64,000 bases of DNA, from assembly GCA_027858965.1 (NCBI GenBank), contig JAQIBS010000167.1:31416-95415 (forward strand). Direction: 5' to 3'. Below, in pieces: positions 10,611 through 20,434 of the stretch. Source of the DNA: Kiritimatiellia bacterium (GTDB lineage Bacteria; Verrucomicrobiota; Kiritimatiellia; RFP12; UBA1067). A program made the position numbers and the translations under genes. The notes under the pieces are model-generated. The model ran no database searches, had not been told where the DNA came from, and saw only the letters and a program-made list of their open reading frames with translations. Position 1 is the first letter of the stretch; each line of letters starts with the position of its first letter.

Positions 10611-11372
10611 ATGAATCGCATATTGGTTGAAGCGCAAGAGATAGATTCCAGCGGAAAAGTGATATTGAACGGCATTCGTGCTGAGCATATCAGGAATATT
10701 CTTAAAGCAGAACCTGGTAAAATTCTTAAAACAGGAACTCTTAACGGTAGAAGTGGAACATCCACAGTTGTTGCAATCTCCCCAGAGGAGGTTGTTCTGC
10801 AGAGTTCTCATACTGTTGACTCACCTGAGCCATGGTTTGATCTGATTTTGGCATCTCCCCGTCCTTTGGTTCTGAAAAGGCTCTGGCCGCAGCTGGCGGC
10901 CTTCGGTGCCCGCAAAATTATATTGGTTAATGCCTCTAAGGTAGAGAAATTTTATTTCAGCAGTCAATGGGTTGAAGAGAGCAGTGTTAGACCATTGCTG
11001 ATTGAAGGTGCTGTTCAGGCAGGTTTGACTCATATTCCTGAGTTTTCAGTAAAGATGCAGTTTAAAATCTTTATGGAAGATGAACTGGATCTTATGTTTC
11101 CTGAATCCAGGCGTCTGCTTGCTCATCCAGGTGTAGCAACCAGGCTTGATAGTGTTTATGATAAAAGCGTGTACCCCTTGATTGCCATCGGGCCTGAGGG
11201 TGGCTGGACGGATTATGAATTGAATATGTTTTCGGAACACCGCTTTAGTCGCTTTTCTTTAGGAGAGAGAATCTTACGCAGTGATACAGCCTGTATCTCT
11301 TTGATATCAGTGCTGGATTACTGGCGTAATGTGGAGGAAAAATATTTTGATAAAAAGAAACAAACAGTTTAA
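10611..11372 (+). CDS. rsmE: 16S rRNA m3U1498 methyltransferase
   Basis: IGPEGGW and LGERILRSDTA SPOUT motifs. Confidence 0.9.
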   Translation: MNRILVEAQEIDSSGKVILNGIRAEHIRNILKAEPGKILKTGTLNGRSGTSTVVAISPEEVVLQSSHTVDSPEPWFDLILASPRPLVLKRLWPQLAAFGARKIILVNASKVEKFYFSSQWVEESSVRPLLIEGAVQAGLTHIPEFSVKMQFKIFMEDELDLMFPESRRLLAHPGVATRLDSVYDKSVYPLIAIGPEGGWTDYELNMFSEHRFSRFSLGERILRSDTACISLISVLDYWRNVEEKYFDKKKQTV

Positions 11373-12156
11373 AGATTTTAAAGGAAGCCGAAACAAGACG
11401 AGCGTTTCTACGGAACGTGGTGACTGGATATATGGTCGGCGTCCTGTGATTGAGGTTATTGACTCCAAGGCGCGTCACATTTATGAGGCTGTTTTACCGC
11501 GTGCTGGTAAAGATAAGCCGGAGGTTGCTCACATTAGAGCCTCTGTTCTGGAGAGAGGAATCCCCTATAAATTGATGGAACGTGAGGAGCTGGATGATCT
11601 TTGTAAAGGAGGAAATCATCAGGGGGTGGCGCTTCGAACCGGTGGTTTTCCCTATATATCTTTTGAGCAGATTATCCATGATGTCAAAGAGGATGCGAAC
11701 GCTATGGTCCTGCTGCTGGATCATATCGAAGATCCGCAGAATATCGGTTCGCTGCTGCGCTCGGCTAATGCAGCCGGAGTGACCGGGGTGGTAATACCGG
11801 AGGATAGGGCGGCCGGGGTTACCCCGTCTGCTGTACGTGCCTCTGCCGGTGCATCTGAGTACATGAGGGTTGCCAAAGTTGTGAACCTTGTCCGGGCTAT
11901 TAAGAGTTTACAGGCCGAAGGGGTCTGGGTCAGTGCCCTGGATATAGGAGATGACAGCCGTGATTATACCGGGGTGGATTTTAAAGGCCGGGTTGGTCTG
12001 GTTGTCGGCAGCGAAGGAAAAGGGGTTTCGCGCCTGGTTCGTGAAACATCCGATTTTGTGGCATCTCTTCCCATGCTTGGGAAAGTGGCATCGCTTAATG
12101 CCGGTGTAGCCGGTGCGGTTGCCATGTATGAAATTCTGCGTCAGCGCGAAGCGTAG
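11347..12156 (+). CDS. rlmB: TrmH-family 23S rRNA Gm2251 methyltransferase
   Basis: HQGV, DPQNIGSLLR, GSEGKG, SLNAGVA; probable TTG start at 11347 after GGAGG (ORF track starts 11329). Confidence 0.88.
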   Translation: MIKRNKQFKDFKGSRNKTSVSTERGDWIYGRRPVIEVIDSKARHIYEAVLPRAGKDKPEVAHIRASVLERGIPYKLMEREELDDLCKGGNHQGVALRTGGFPYISFEQIIHDVKEDANAMVLLLDHIEDPQNIGSLLRSANAAGVTGVVIPEDRAAGVTPSAVRASAGASEYMRVAKVVNLVRAIKSLQAEGVWVSALDIGDDSRDYTGVDFKGRVGLVVGSEGKGVSRLVRETSDFVASLPMLGKVASLNAGVAGAVAMYEILRQREA

Positions 12157-12161
12157 TTTTA

Positions 12162-12274
12162 AACTACGAAATACACGAATGACACGAAATAATCACGACG
12201 CGGAGATTTTCCCGCAAAGGCACAAAGAAGAAATCAAAGCCTTCTTTTTCGTGAGTTTGGCGTTTTTCGTAGTT
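12162..12274. repeat. Intergenic hairpin built from ACACGAA-type tandem units
   Basis: Terminal inverted repeat aactacgaaa / tttcgtagtt, with tandem acacgaa units in the left arm. Confidence 0.7.
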
Positions 12275-12318
12275 AATAACTCAATGTATTCTGTGCCTCT
12301 ATTGTAAAATAAGTTTAG

Positions 12319-14154
12319 GTGGTTTATTTGAAAAGACAGTTTCCTTTCAGTGCTTTGATGCCAGCTGTACAGAGTGTTGCTGTTTCTGATGGAATTTTTG
12401 ATTTTACTGCCGGGGGGGAGTGGTATGCCCCGGCAAGTGAATGTTGCTTGCGACTGATCAGCAAACTGTTTGCGCAGTTAAAATGTGATTCATGGACTTC
12501 GACCTCGGGCCGGGGCGATGCCTCGGTTGTTTTTGAGCTCTGTGCAGATGGTTTTAAGTTACAAAGTTACAGGATCAAAATTACCCCGCAATCCGTTGTT
12601 GTGAGTGCCTCTGATGACTGCGGGCTCTATTACGGAGCACTGACCCTCTTTCAGCTGGTTGCGCTTCAGAATGGAGCTATAGCCTGTTGTACGATATATG
12701 ATGCGCCTGACTTTGAAGTGCGCGGTGTTATGCTGGATATATCGCGGGATAAAGTGCCGTTAATGCAGACACTCTTTGATCTGGTTGACAGCTTTTCGCG
12801 AATCAAAATTAATCACCTGCAGCTCTACATGGAGCATACATTTGCCTATGAGGGACATAAATGCGTCTGGAAAGATGCCTCGCCTTTGACACCTGCTGAG
12901 ATTAGGCAGCTGGATAAGTATTGTGTGGAACGTTTTATAGAGCTTGTTCCCAATCAGAACTCCTTCGGGCATATGGAGCGTTGGCTTGTTCGCCCGGAAT
13001 ATAATGCAATGGCGGCTTTGCCGGAGGGTGGAGCTTTATTACCATGGGGTGGAATTCAGCGTCAGCCAACGGCCCTAAACCCAATGGATGAGCGTTGCCT
13101 GCCATTTCTGGATGGACTCTTTTCCCAGCTTCTTCCCAATTTCTCAGCAAAGCAATTTAATGTCGGGTGTGATGAGGTCTTCGGTCTCAGTATCAGCCGT
13201 TGTGCGCAGGAAGTTGAAGCGCAGGGGGCTGGACGGGTCTACCTTGATTTTTTAAAAAAGGTATTTGATCTTGTCAGGAAGCATGGTTACAAACCGGCTT
13301 TCTGGGGGGATATTATTGTTAAATACCCTGAGTTGGTAGCAGAACTGCCGCATGATGCCATTGCGCTTGAGTGGGGCTATGAGGCGGATCATCCCTTTGC
13401 TGATCGCTGTCGCCTCTTCAGTGAGTCCGGGTTGTTCTTTTACGTGTGTCCTGGAACATCATCATGGAACAGCATTGCCGGCCGTTATGATAATATGCAC
13501 GCGAATATACTAAGTGCCGCTGAGAATGGATTGAAGTATGGAGCACAGGGGCTGGTAATAACCGACTGGGGTGATGCGGGACATTGGCAGCCACTATCGG
13601 CGGCTTATGCAGGGTTTGCATTTGCTGCCGGCGTTTCATGGTCGGTGAATGCGAATCGTGATATGGATATCGGATCTCAAGTTTCGCGGGGTTTTATAGG
13701 TGATGGAGGTGGTCTGGGAGAGATTCTGGTTGAGTTGGGGCATTTGTATAAGGATGTCGGGGCGCTGACGCCCAATAGCTCTGTGCTATTTCATTTGCTC
13801 TTTAAGGATATCGGTTACTTGATTCCCGAGGGGGTCAGCATTCAAAAGCTGAATGCTATTATGCGAAAACTTGATGATTTTAGTGGCCGTATGGATGCTC
13901 TGCCTGAGACAGGTGCCCAGGAGCCAGTAATGGTTCTGTATGAAATTCAACAGATGATTCGTTTGCTGAAGACCGCCTGCTTCAGGGGAATTGCCATGCT
14001 CAGCGGGACGATGGATGAAAAGGCGGTTAACTCCGAGTTGCAGGAGATGATTACTTCCTGTGCAGAAGCGCAGGAGATGGTTTGGTATTTGCGAAACCGC
14101 AGAGGTGGATTGAGCGACAGTTTGGCGCGGATCTTTAGAGCATCTTACGATTGA
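12319..14154 (+). CDS. GH20 beta-N-acetylhexosaminidase-like glycoside hydrolase
   Basis: RGVMLDISR, ELVPNQNSFGH, catalytic GCDE, TDWGD; no clear signal peptide. Confidence 0.88.
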   Translation: MVYLKRQFPFSALMPAVQSVAVSDGIFDFTAGGEWYAPASECCLRLISKLFAQLKCDSWTSTSGRGDASVVFELCADGFKLQSYRIKITPQSVVVSASDDCGLYYGALTLFQLVALQNGAIACCTIYDAPDFEVRGVMLDISRDKVPLMQTLFDLVDSFSRIKINHLQLYMEHTFAYEGHKCVWKDASPLTPAEIRQLDKYCVERFIELVPNQNSFGHMERWLVRPEYNAMAALPEGGALLPWGGIQRQPTALNPMDERCLPFLDGLFSQLLPNFSAKQFNVGCDEVFGLSISRCAQEVEAQGAGRVYLDFLKKVFDLVRKHGYKPAFWGDIIVKYPELVAELPHDAIALEWGYEADHPFADRCRLFSESGLFFYVCPGTSSWNSIAGRYDNMHANILSAAENGLKYGAQGLVITDWGDAGHWQPLSAAYAGFAFAAGVSWSVNANRDMDIGSQVSRGFIGDGGGLGEILVELGHLYKDVGALTPNSSVLFHLLFKDIGYLIPEGVSIQKLNAIMRKLDDFSGRMDALPETGAQEPVMVLYEIQQMIRLLKTACFRGIAMLSGTMDEKAVNSELQEMITSCAEAQEMVWYLRNRRGGLSDSLARIFRASYD

Positions 14155-14232
14155 TATGCCGTAAATAGGTTGAAATGTCAGATTTCCAGCTTGATGCGGT
14201 GGATGCGGATGATAAAGACGCGGTATTAAATT

Positions 14233-14266
14233 CGATACCGATGCCGATACCGATTGCGATACCGAC
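14233..14266. repeat. CGATAC-type hexamer tandem repeat
   Basis: cgataccgatgccgataccgattgcgataccgac. Confidence 0.7.
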
Positions 14267-14540
14267 AACAAAGACCAATATTCACGTATAAACTACAGTT
14301 TTAGTAACTTTGCACAGCCCTTCACAGCCATTTCAGCAGTCAAGGCCCTTTTGTTGAAAAAAGGTTACCCACACAAAAGTCGGAATAACCATTTTTTTTC
14401 CAATGTCCCTTTGTGGTTTAAAAAACGTGCATAAAAAACAAGAAAATGAATGATAGTAGTACGAATGTAATGTACGCTTCCGTTTTGGTCTCGGGACTAC
14501 TCAGTATTATCATGGAGTGATAGCGGCTCTTAACTTGCAT

Positions 14541-14571
14541 ATTGGATATTAGATATTGGATATTGGATATT
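14541..14571. repeat. ATTGGAT heptamer tandem repeat upstream of rnfA
   Basis: attggatattagatattggatattggatatt. Confidence 0.75.
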
Positions 14572-14661
14572 CAAATATTTTCACTCCTCTTACTTGAATT
14601 CACCTCTATTATTTAGTAATATGAATTCCGTTTTTTTGTCACAAAATCGGATTATTATCAT

Positions 14662-15240
14662 ATGGAATATATACTGTTAATTGTCAGCGCGGTTCTGGTA
14701 AACAACTTTGTTTTGAGCCGTTTTTTGGGGATTTGCCCCTTTTTAGGTGTTTCCAAGAAGATTCACACCGCCATGGGAATGTGCGGAGCGGTTATATTTG
14801 TTATGACTGTTGCCAGCGCAGTTACATGGTGTCTGCAGAAATTTCTTTTAGAACCCTTTGGGCTGGATAAATTCCTTCAGACCTTGACTTTCATTCTGGT
14901 GATTGCCTCTCTGGTGCAGCTGATTGATATTGTCATGAAGCGCTTTGTTCCACCTCTGCATGCGGCTCTCGGCATTTTTCTACCCCTGATCACCACCAAC
15001 TGCGCTGTTCTAGGTGTTGCTGTAATCAACATGAAAGAGGGCTTTGGTTTCTTCAAATCGGTTCTTTTCGGTTTTTCCGCGGCACTCGGGTTCTCACTGG
15101 CTTTGATTATATTCACAGGCCTGCGTGAAAAAATCGACAGAGCCGATCCGCCCCGCTGTTTTAAGGGAATAGCCATTGCCCTGGTCACCGCCGGCCTCCT
15201 AAGTCTGGCTTTTATGGGTTTTAACGGACTGGTCAAATAA
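14662..15240 (+). CDS. rnfA: Rnf electron transport complex subunit A
   Basis: NNFVLSRFLGICPFLGVS, LPLITTNCAVLG, LAFMGF. Confidence 0.95.
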   Translation: MEYILLIVSAVLVNNFVLSRFLGICPFLGVSKKIHTAMGMCGAVIFVMTVASAVTWCLQKFLLEPFGLDKFLQTLTFILVIASLVQLIDIVMKRFVPPLHAALGIFLPLITTNCAVLGVAVINMKEGFGFFKSVLFGFSAALGFSLALIIFTGLREKIDRADPPRCFKGIAIALVTAGLLSLAFMGFNGLVK

Positions 15241-15267
15241 CACATATCACGAGATGCGCAACAACTT

Positions 15268-16059
15268 ATGGACAATATAATTTTACAATCATTTGCATGG
15301 ATCGGTCTTTTAGGACTGATCATCGGGGCTTCGTTGGCTGTGGCAGCCAAATATCTGGCCGTAAAGGAAGATCCCCGTATCGGCGAGGTTAACGAATTGC
15401 TGCCGGCAGCTAACTGCGGAGGGTGCGGATATGCCGGCTGTGCCGAATATGCCAAAGCCATTGTGATGGACCATGCTGAGATCAATCTCTGTGCGCCGGG
15501 AGGCACGGATTGCATGAATGCCATAGCCGCCTTCATGGGAGTAAGAGCCACGGCAACTGAAAAGATGACTGCCATTGTGCTCTGCTGCGGTGATGATGAA
15601 GTAGCCAAACGCCGTTTTGCTTATAATGGAATTAATGATTGCGCGGCAGCTCATGCCACCGCAGGCGGAGACAAAGCCTGCACATGGGGATGTCTGGGTT
15701 ATGGCAGCTGTGCCCGGGTTTGTCCGGTTAATGCTATCCGCATAGAGAAAGGCATAGCCAAAGTCGACAAAACTCTCTGCATTGCCTGCGAAAAATGTAT
15801 TGCAGTCTGCCCCCGACACCTGATCAAACTGGTACCTGCCGCTGCCGAGATCCATGTTTTATGCAGTTCCAAGGACAAAGGTCCCGCGGTTAAAAAGGCC
15901 TGCTCCACCGGCTGTATCGGATGTCGCTTATGCACAAAGTTTGGCGATGAAGGCGCATTTGTCATGGATGGCTTTCTGGCAAAGGTTGACTACTCAATAC
16001 CAATTACCAAGGAAGAGGTCATTGAGAAATGCCCTGCAAAATGCATTGTAAAGGATTGA
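15268..16059 (+). CDS. rnfB: Rnf subunit B (Fe-S)
   Basis: LPAANCGGCGYAGC, CAPGG, several CxxCxxC ferredoxin motifs. Confidence 0.93.
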   Translation: MDNIILQSFAWIGLLGLIIGASLAVAAKYLAVKEDPRIGEVNELLPAANCGGCGYAGCAEYAKAIVMDHAEINLCAPGGTDCMNAIAAFMGVRATATEKMTAIVLCCGDDEVAKRRFAYNGINDCAAAHATAGGDKACTWGCLGYGSCARVCPVNAIRIEKGIAKVDKTLCIACEKCIAVCPRHLIKLVPAAAEIHVLCSSKDKGPAVKKACSTGCIGCRLCTKFGDEGAFVMDGFLAKVDYSIPITKEEVIEKCPAKCIVKD

Positions 16060-16073
16060 TAGTATTTTTTTAA

Positions 16074-16170
16074 ACCACGGAGTCCACGGAGGTACGGAGG
16101 AATAAACCACGAAAAACACGAAAAACACGAAAGCATGCTGTTTTCTCCGTAACTCCGTGTCCTCCGTGGT
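16074..16170. repeat. Nested intergenic hairpin repeat between rnfB and rnfC
   Basis: accacggagtccacggaggtacggag ... ctccgtaactccgtgtcctccgtggt enclosing aaccacgaaaaacacgaaaaacacgaaa. Confidence 0.75.
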
Positions 16171-16274
16171 AGAACTTTTGAGAAAAATATCCTTTCTATC
16201 CCTGTTAAATTTTTATTGGGTTACGGCTATGCTACGCTACGAACTTTATGAGAAAAATAAACCGACTATAATTT

Positions 16275-17624
16275 ATGCAAACAATAAAATCTCCATATAA
16301 TTTCAGAGGCGGAATTCATCCGGCCTACAACAAAAAGCTCTCCAACGGTTCTGCGATTGAATCTCTGCCGCTCCCCGCGGTTCTGAGCGTTCCGATGTCG
16401 CAACACCTGGGTGCACCAGCCAAACCGTGCGTCAAAGTTGGCGATGAAGTGAAAAAGGGAACTCTGATCGGCGCGCAGAATGGATTTATCTCAGCCCCGA
16501 TTCACTCACCTGCAAGCGGAAAAGTTAAGGTCATAACCGATGTGGCGACCGCATCCGGGCGTCCCTGTCAGGCCATTGTGATAGAGTGTGATGAGAGCAA
16601 TGAAACGGAATTCCTGCCCCCCATTGAGAACTGGCAGAAATCCGACAAAGATGATCTTCTGACCAGGATCGGAGAAACCGGTATTGTTGGCATGGGAGGC
16701 GCGGGCTTTCCGACCAAAGTCAAACTCTCTCCACCCATGGATAAACCGATAGACACCGTGATTATCAACGGAGCCGAGTGTGAGCCCTATCTGACATCTG
16801 ACCACCGCATGATGGTGGAACACGCCAAAGAGATTCGCATTGGCGCAGAGATCATCCGCTCCATTCTGGGAGCCAAAACACTGCGCATCGCCATTGAAGA
16901 CAACAAACCGGATGCCATTAAAGCTATAGAAGATGCCTTTCAGGATATTGAGGGCGATGTTGCCATAGCTGTTCTACACACCGTTTATCCTCAGGGATCC
17001 GAGAAACAACAGATTTACGCTGTGACTGGTCGCGAAGTACCAAGTGGCGGATTGCCGATGGATGTGGGATGCGTTGTTGAGAATACAAGTACAACCTTTG
17101 CTATCTACGAGGCTGTCATCAAGGGGCTCCCCCTGATGCAACGAGTAATCACAGTCACGGGTGATGCGGTGCAGAAACCAGCCAACCTGCTGGCCCCTTT
17201 CGGCACAAGCTACCAGGACCTAATTGACGCATGTGGTGGATTTACTGAGGATAAACCGGCTAAAGTTATCTCAGGCGGACCAATGATGGGATTTGCTGTC
17301 AGCTCACTGGAGACCCCGACCGGCAAGACCTCATCCGGATTGCTGCTGCTCTCCAAGAAGAGGGTCAGTCAGTATAGTTCACAGGCATGCATTGCCTGCG
17401 GACGTTGTGTAGAAGCCTGTCCGATGAACCTGATTCCCTCTGAGCTGAGCCAGTTTATTGAAGCTGAAGATATTGAAGGGGCAGAAGAAATTGCTCTGAT
17501 GAATTGTATTGAGTGCGGATCATGCGCCTTTGTATGTCCGGCACACCGTCCGCTGGTTCAACATATGCGCAGAGGCAAAGCCGCTGTAATGGCGAAGCGG
17601 ATGGCAGCGAATGCGAAAGGCTGA
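16275..17624 (+). CDS. rnfC: Rnf subunit C
   Basis: FRGGIHP, GMGGAGFP, NGAECEPYLTSD, GGPMMG, two CxxCxxCxxxCP clusters. Confidence 0.96.
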   Translation: MQTIKSPYNFRGGIHPAYNKKLSNGSAIESLPLPAVLSVPMSQHLGAPAKPCVKVGDEVKKGTLIGAQNGFISAPIHSPASGKVKVITDVATASGRPCQAIVIECDESNETEFLPPIENWQKSDKDDLLTRIGETGIVGMGGAGFPTKVKLSPPMDKPIDTVIINGAECEPYLTSDHRMMVEHAKEIRIGAEIIRSILGAKTLRIAIEDNKPDAIKAIEDAFQDIEGDVAIAVLHTVYPQGSEKQQIYAVTGREVPSGGLPMDVGCVVENTSTTFAIYEAVIKGLPLMQRVITVTGDAVQKPANLLAPFGTSYQDLIDACGGFTEDKPAKVISGGPMMGFAVSSLETPTGKTSSGLLLLSKKRVSQYSSQACIACGRCVEACPMNLIPSELSQFIEAEDIEGAEEIALMNCIECGSCAFVCPAHRPLVQHMRRGKAAVMAKRMAANAKG

Positions 17625-17637
17625 TGTTAAGAAAACT

Positions 17638-17726
17638 TGCGCGCCCTCCCGCATTCGCGTGAGAGGCACGCCCTACAACAACAACAACACAATATTGTAG
17701 GACACGCATCTCAAAGAGGGCGTGTG
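17638..17726. repeat. REP-like doublet (GTAG type) between rnfC and rnfD
   Basis: gcacgccctacaa ... ttgtaggacacgc inverted arrangement. Confidence 0.5.
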
Positions 17727-17759
17727 AAAACAGTAACGATTTTTATAATAGAGAATTAA

Positions 17760-18773
17760 ATGAAACCTGAAAACCAACCAGAGCTTTATATAATAAGTTC
17801 ATCACCGCACACCCACGAAGGGAGTTCGGTTGAGCGAATTATGCTGGATGTCCTGATTGCGCTTGCACCTGCATTCGCCGCATCCTTATACTTTTTTAAA
17901 CTCGATGCTCTCCGGCTGACAGGCACATGTGTTGCCACATGCCTGATTGCCGAGTGGCTTTGCCGTAAAGCCATGAAGCGCGAAAGTTCCATCCGCGATC
18001 TAAGCGCTGTAGTGACCGGAGTTCTGCTGGCATTCAATCTTCCACCGTCGCTTCCGACCTGGATGGCAGTTGCAGGTTCGTTGTTTGCCATCACTATCTG
18101 CAAACAAATTTTTGGCGGACTCGGATACAACGTCTTTAATCCGGCACTGGCAGCACGCGCCTTTATGCTGATCTCCTTTACCGGGGCGATGACACACTGG
18201 AGCAGCTCCGACTGGGCGGCATCATTGGCATCGGGCGCAGCTGATGCGGCAACGGGAGCCACGCCTCTTGGCCTGATCAAGGAAGCCGTTAAAACAGGTG
18301 CTTCAATTCCGCATTTTTCCACAGCCACCATCATGAAACTCGCCAGCGGCAATATCAACGGATGTCTTGGTGAAACCTCAGCTCTGGCCCTGTTGCTAGG
18401 CGGTGCTTATCTGCTCTACCGCAAAGTTATCACATGGCATATCCCCACGGCTTACATCGGCACCGTCTTTATCTACGCCTGCATTCTACACATGGTCTCC
18501 CCTGCTACATCTGCCCTACCCCATATGCATCTGCTTTCCGGCGGTCTGATTATCGGCGCATTTTTCATGGCAACTGACATGGTGACATCACCGGTAACAA
18601 AGAAAGGCATGCTGATATTCGGCGTAGGCTGTGGAATAATCACAATGCTAATCCGCACGGTTAAAACAGGCTCTTACCCTGAAGGTGTCAGCTTCGCCAT
18701 ATTGCTTATGAATGCAATCACCCCGCTTATTAATCGCGGTTGCCGCAACAGAGTTTTCGGGACAAAATCATGA
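17760..18773 (+). CDS. rnfD: Rnf subunit D
   Basis: SSPH, KQIFGGLG-NVFNPAL, FMN-attachment ATGATP, FMATD, YPEGV. Confidence 0.95.
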   Translation: MKPENQPELYIISSSPHTHEGSSVERIMLDVLIALAPAFAASLYFFKLDALRLTGTCVATCLIAEWLCRKAMKRESSIRDLSAVVTGVLLAFNLPPSLPTWMAVAGSLFAITICKQIFGGLGYNVFNPALAARAFMLISFTGAMTHWSSSDWAASLASGAADAATGATPLGLIKEAVKTGASIPHFSTATIMKLASGNINGCLGETSALALLLGGAYLLYRKVITWHIPTAYIGTVFIYACILHMVSPATSALPHMHLLSGGLIIGAFFMATDMVTSPVTKKGMLIFGVGCGIITMLIRTVKTGSYPEGVSFAILLMNAITPLINRGCRNRVFGTKS

Positions 18774-19327
18774 AAGAAACATTAAGACTAGTTGCAGTGC
18801 TTACAATTATCTGTGCGGTGAGTGCCGCGTTGCTGGCTACTGTTTACAACAAAACTATGGGGCCTATTCTTAAAGCCCTTGAGATCAAAACATCAGAGGC
18901 CGCACAAAAGGTTATGCCTCCGGATGCATCTGAAATCACCAAAGAGATTGTAGGAAAAGAGACCTTCTTTGTATGTCGGTCAGGTGATGGCAAAGTTGCA
19001 GCGGTTGCCGTTGAAGGTCTTTCAAAGAATGGTTATGGCGGCAACATCTCGCTGATGGTAGGACTCAGCGCAGAGAAAAAAGTTATCAGTTATCAGGTTA
19101 TCACAGCCAATGAGACACCGGGACTTGGTTCCAACATCTCATCGACGGAGTTTTCCGCGCCCTTCTGCGGCAAGCCTTTCTCATCCAATTGGAAGGTAAA
19201 AAAAGACGGGGGCGAATTTGATGCGATTACCTCCGCAACCATCTCATCCAGAGCAGCCCTTGAATGTATTAAAGATGCTATCTCAAAATATGAGAGCGCT
19301 CTTGCAAAGCTCAATACGAGCAGTTAG
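18770..19327 (+). CDS. rnfG: Rnf subunit G
   Basis: ATG at 18770 overlaps rnfD stop; N-terminal TM, GYGG, ETPGLG, DAITSATISS. Confidence 0.92.
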   Translation: MKETLRLVAVLTIICAVSAALLATVYNKTMGPILKALEIKTSEAAQKVMPPDASEITKEIVGKETFFVCRSGDGKVAAVAVEGLSKNGYGGNISLMVGLSAEKKVISYQVITANETPGLGSNISSTEFSAPFCGKPFSSNWKVKKDGGEFDAITSATISSRAALECIKDAISKYESALAKLNTSS

Positions 19328-19338
19328 ACGGATAAAAT

Positions 19339-19659
19339 ATGCACGTTCACAACCCGCCAGCAGAAAGTGATCACGCCCTAGCAGTTCTGATTATTACCCG
19401 CCGCCTCACAGAGGATGGCTGCAACATCATTACATCCAATACTGATGAAACGGCCGACCCGCAGATTTTTGCTCAGAATCAAGAGATGGAGTTTTCATTT
19501 TACTTTATCCGGGCCAATCCAAAAACAGCTCCTGATGTGGAGACACTGCAAAGATGGCGCAAACTGACCGAACATCACCAGGTTTGCTCTTTCTATATTC
19601 CGGTTACCCTAAGCACCGGAAATTTTGATATAATACCGATCGAAAAATTAACCCCCTAA
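19339..19659 (+). CDS. Small hypothetical protein following rnfG
   Basis: 106-aa ORF 11 nt after rnfG stop, co-oriented, globular composition. Confidence 0.6.
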   Translation: MHVHNPPAESDHALAVLIITRRLTEDGCNIITSNTDETADPQIFAQNQEMEFSFYFIRANPKTAPDVETLQRWRKLTEHHQVCSFYIPVTLSTGNFDIIPIEKLTP

Positions 19660-19685
19660 TCTCATATTTTTGAGGAGCTTTCCTA

Positions 19686-20228
19686 ATGCCTTTACATTGC
19701 TGGTGCTATACACTTAGTTTATTTCTCCTAATCTCCGGGGCGGCAGCTCTTCTTGTTCCTGAAAAAATGAACACCTTGATGGCTAAATTCTGCCGTTCTC
19801 AGGTCACAGGCATTGTACTCTCTCTGATTGCCTGGGCATGGGCCGGTCATGCGCTCTGGGTACTACCGATCGACTTCCTAACGCCCTACCGTCAATACAT
19901 TCCCTACTTTCTTTTGATCTGTGCACCACTTACCTTCATCGGGATGAAAAATCTGCTGGCCTGCCGGGCACTAGGGGCAATTCTGGTACTCTATCCATAC
20001 ACACTTCTACAGGTAGCACGCGTGCACCCCTCACCATGGCATATACTTATTGTCTCTATTGCCTATATCAGCATTGTAAAAGGCATGACCTTGATACTTT
20101 ATCCATGGAAGATGCGTCAATGCATTGAGTGGATCAAAGAGAAACCGCAACTGATGCGTCTTGGCGGAATGATCAATCTGATACTGGGCGGAATGCTCGT
20201 ATGGCTGGGAATCACAACCCTGCGTTAG
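19686..20228 (+). CDS. Hypothetical integral membrane protein (not RnfE)
   Basis: GAGGAG RBS; 5-6 hydrophobic segments; lacks RnfE LGLCP and LIVVNC motifs. Confidence 0.75.
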   Translation: MPLHCWCYTLSLFLLISGAAALLVPEKMNTLMAKFCRSQVTGIVLSLIAWAWAGHALWVLPIDFLTPYRQYIPYFLLICAPLTFIGMKNLLACRALGAILVLYPYTLLQVARVHPSPWHILIVSIAYISIVKGMTLILYPWKMRQCIEWIKEKPQLMRLGGMINLILGGMLVWLGITTLR

Positions 20229-20255
20229 TTGGCACCTGTGTTCGAAAAGGTCCAT

Positions 20256-20387
20256 GCCCTGAAAGGGCTTCACATACTAGCCCTGGGCAACGCCCTGGGT
20301 GCTGTATAACAGAACCATGAGCCCTGAAAGGGCGCGACACAGGAAGGTCTTCATTGATTGATCCATATGTTCCGCCCTTTCAGGGCT
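20256..20387. repeat. Composite REP-like element (gccctgaaagggc units)
   Basis: gccctgaaagggc twice, agccctgggcaacgccctggg, inverted gccctttcagggct; lies between convergent genes. Confidence 0.8.
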
Positions 20388-20434
20388 GTATTTCAGTATT
20401 AAGAGTGAGACAAGGATTGCAAGAATCTTAATCA

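Noticed and set aside
19686-20228. Possible divergent RnfE
   Set aside because: Lacks the Cys-containing LGLCP and LIVVNC motifs
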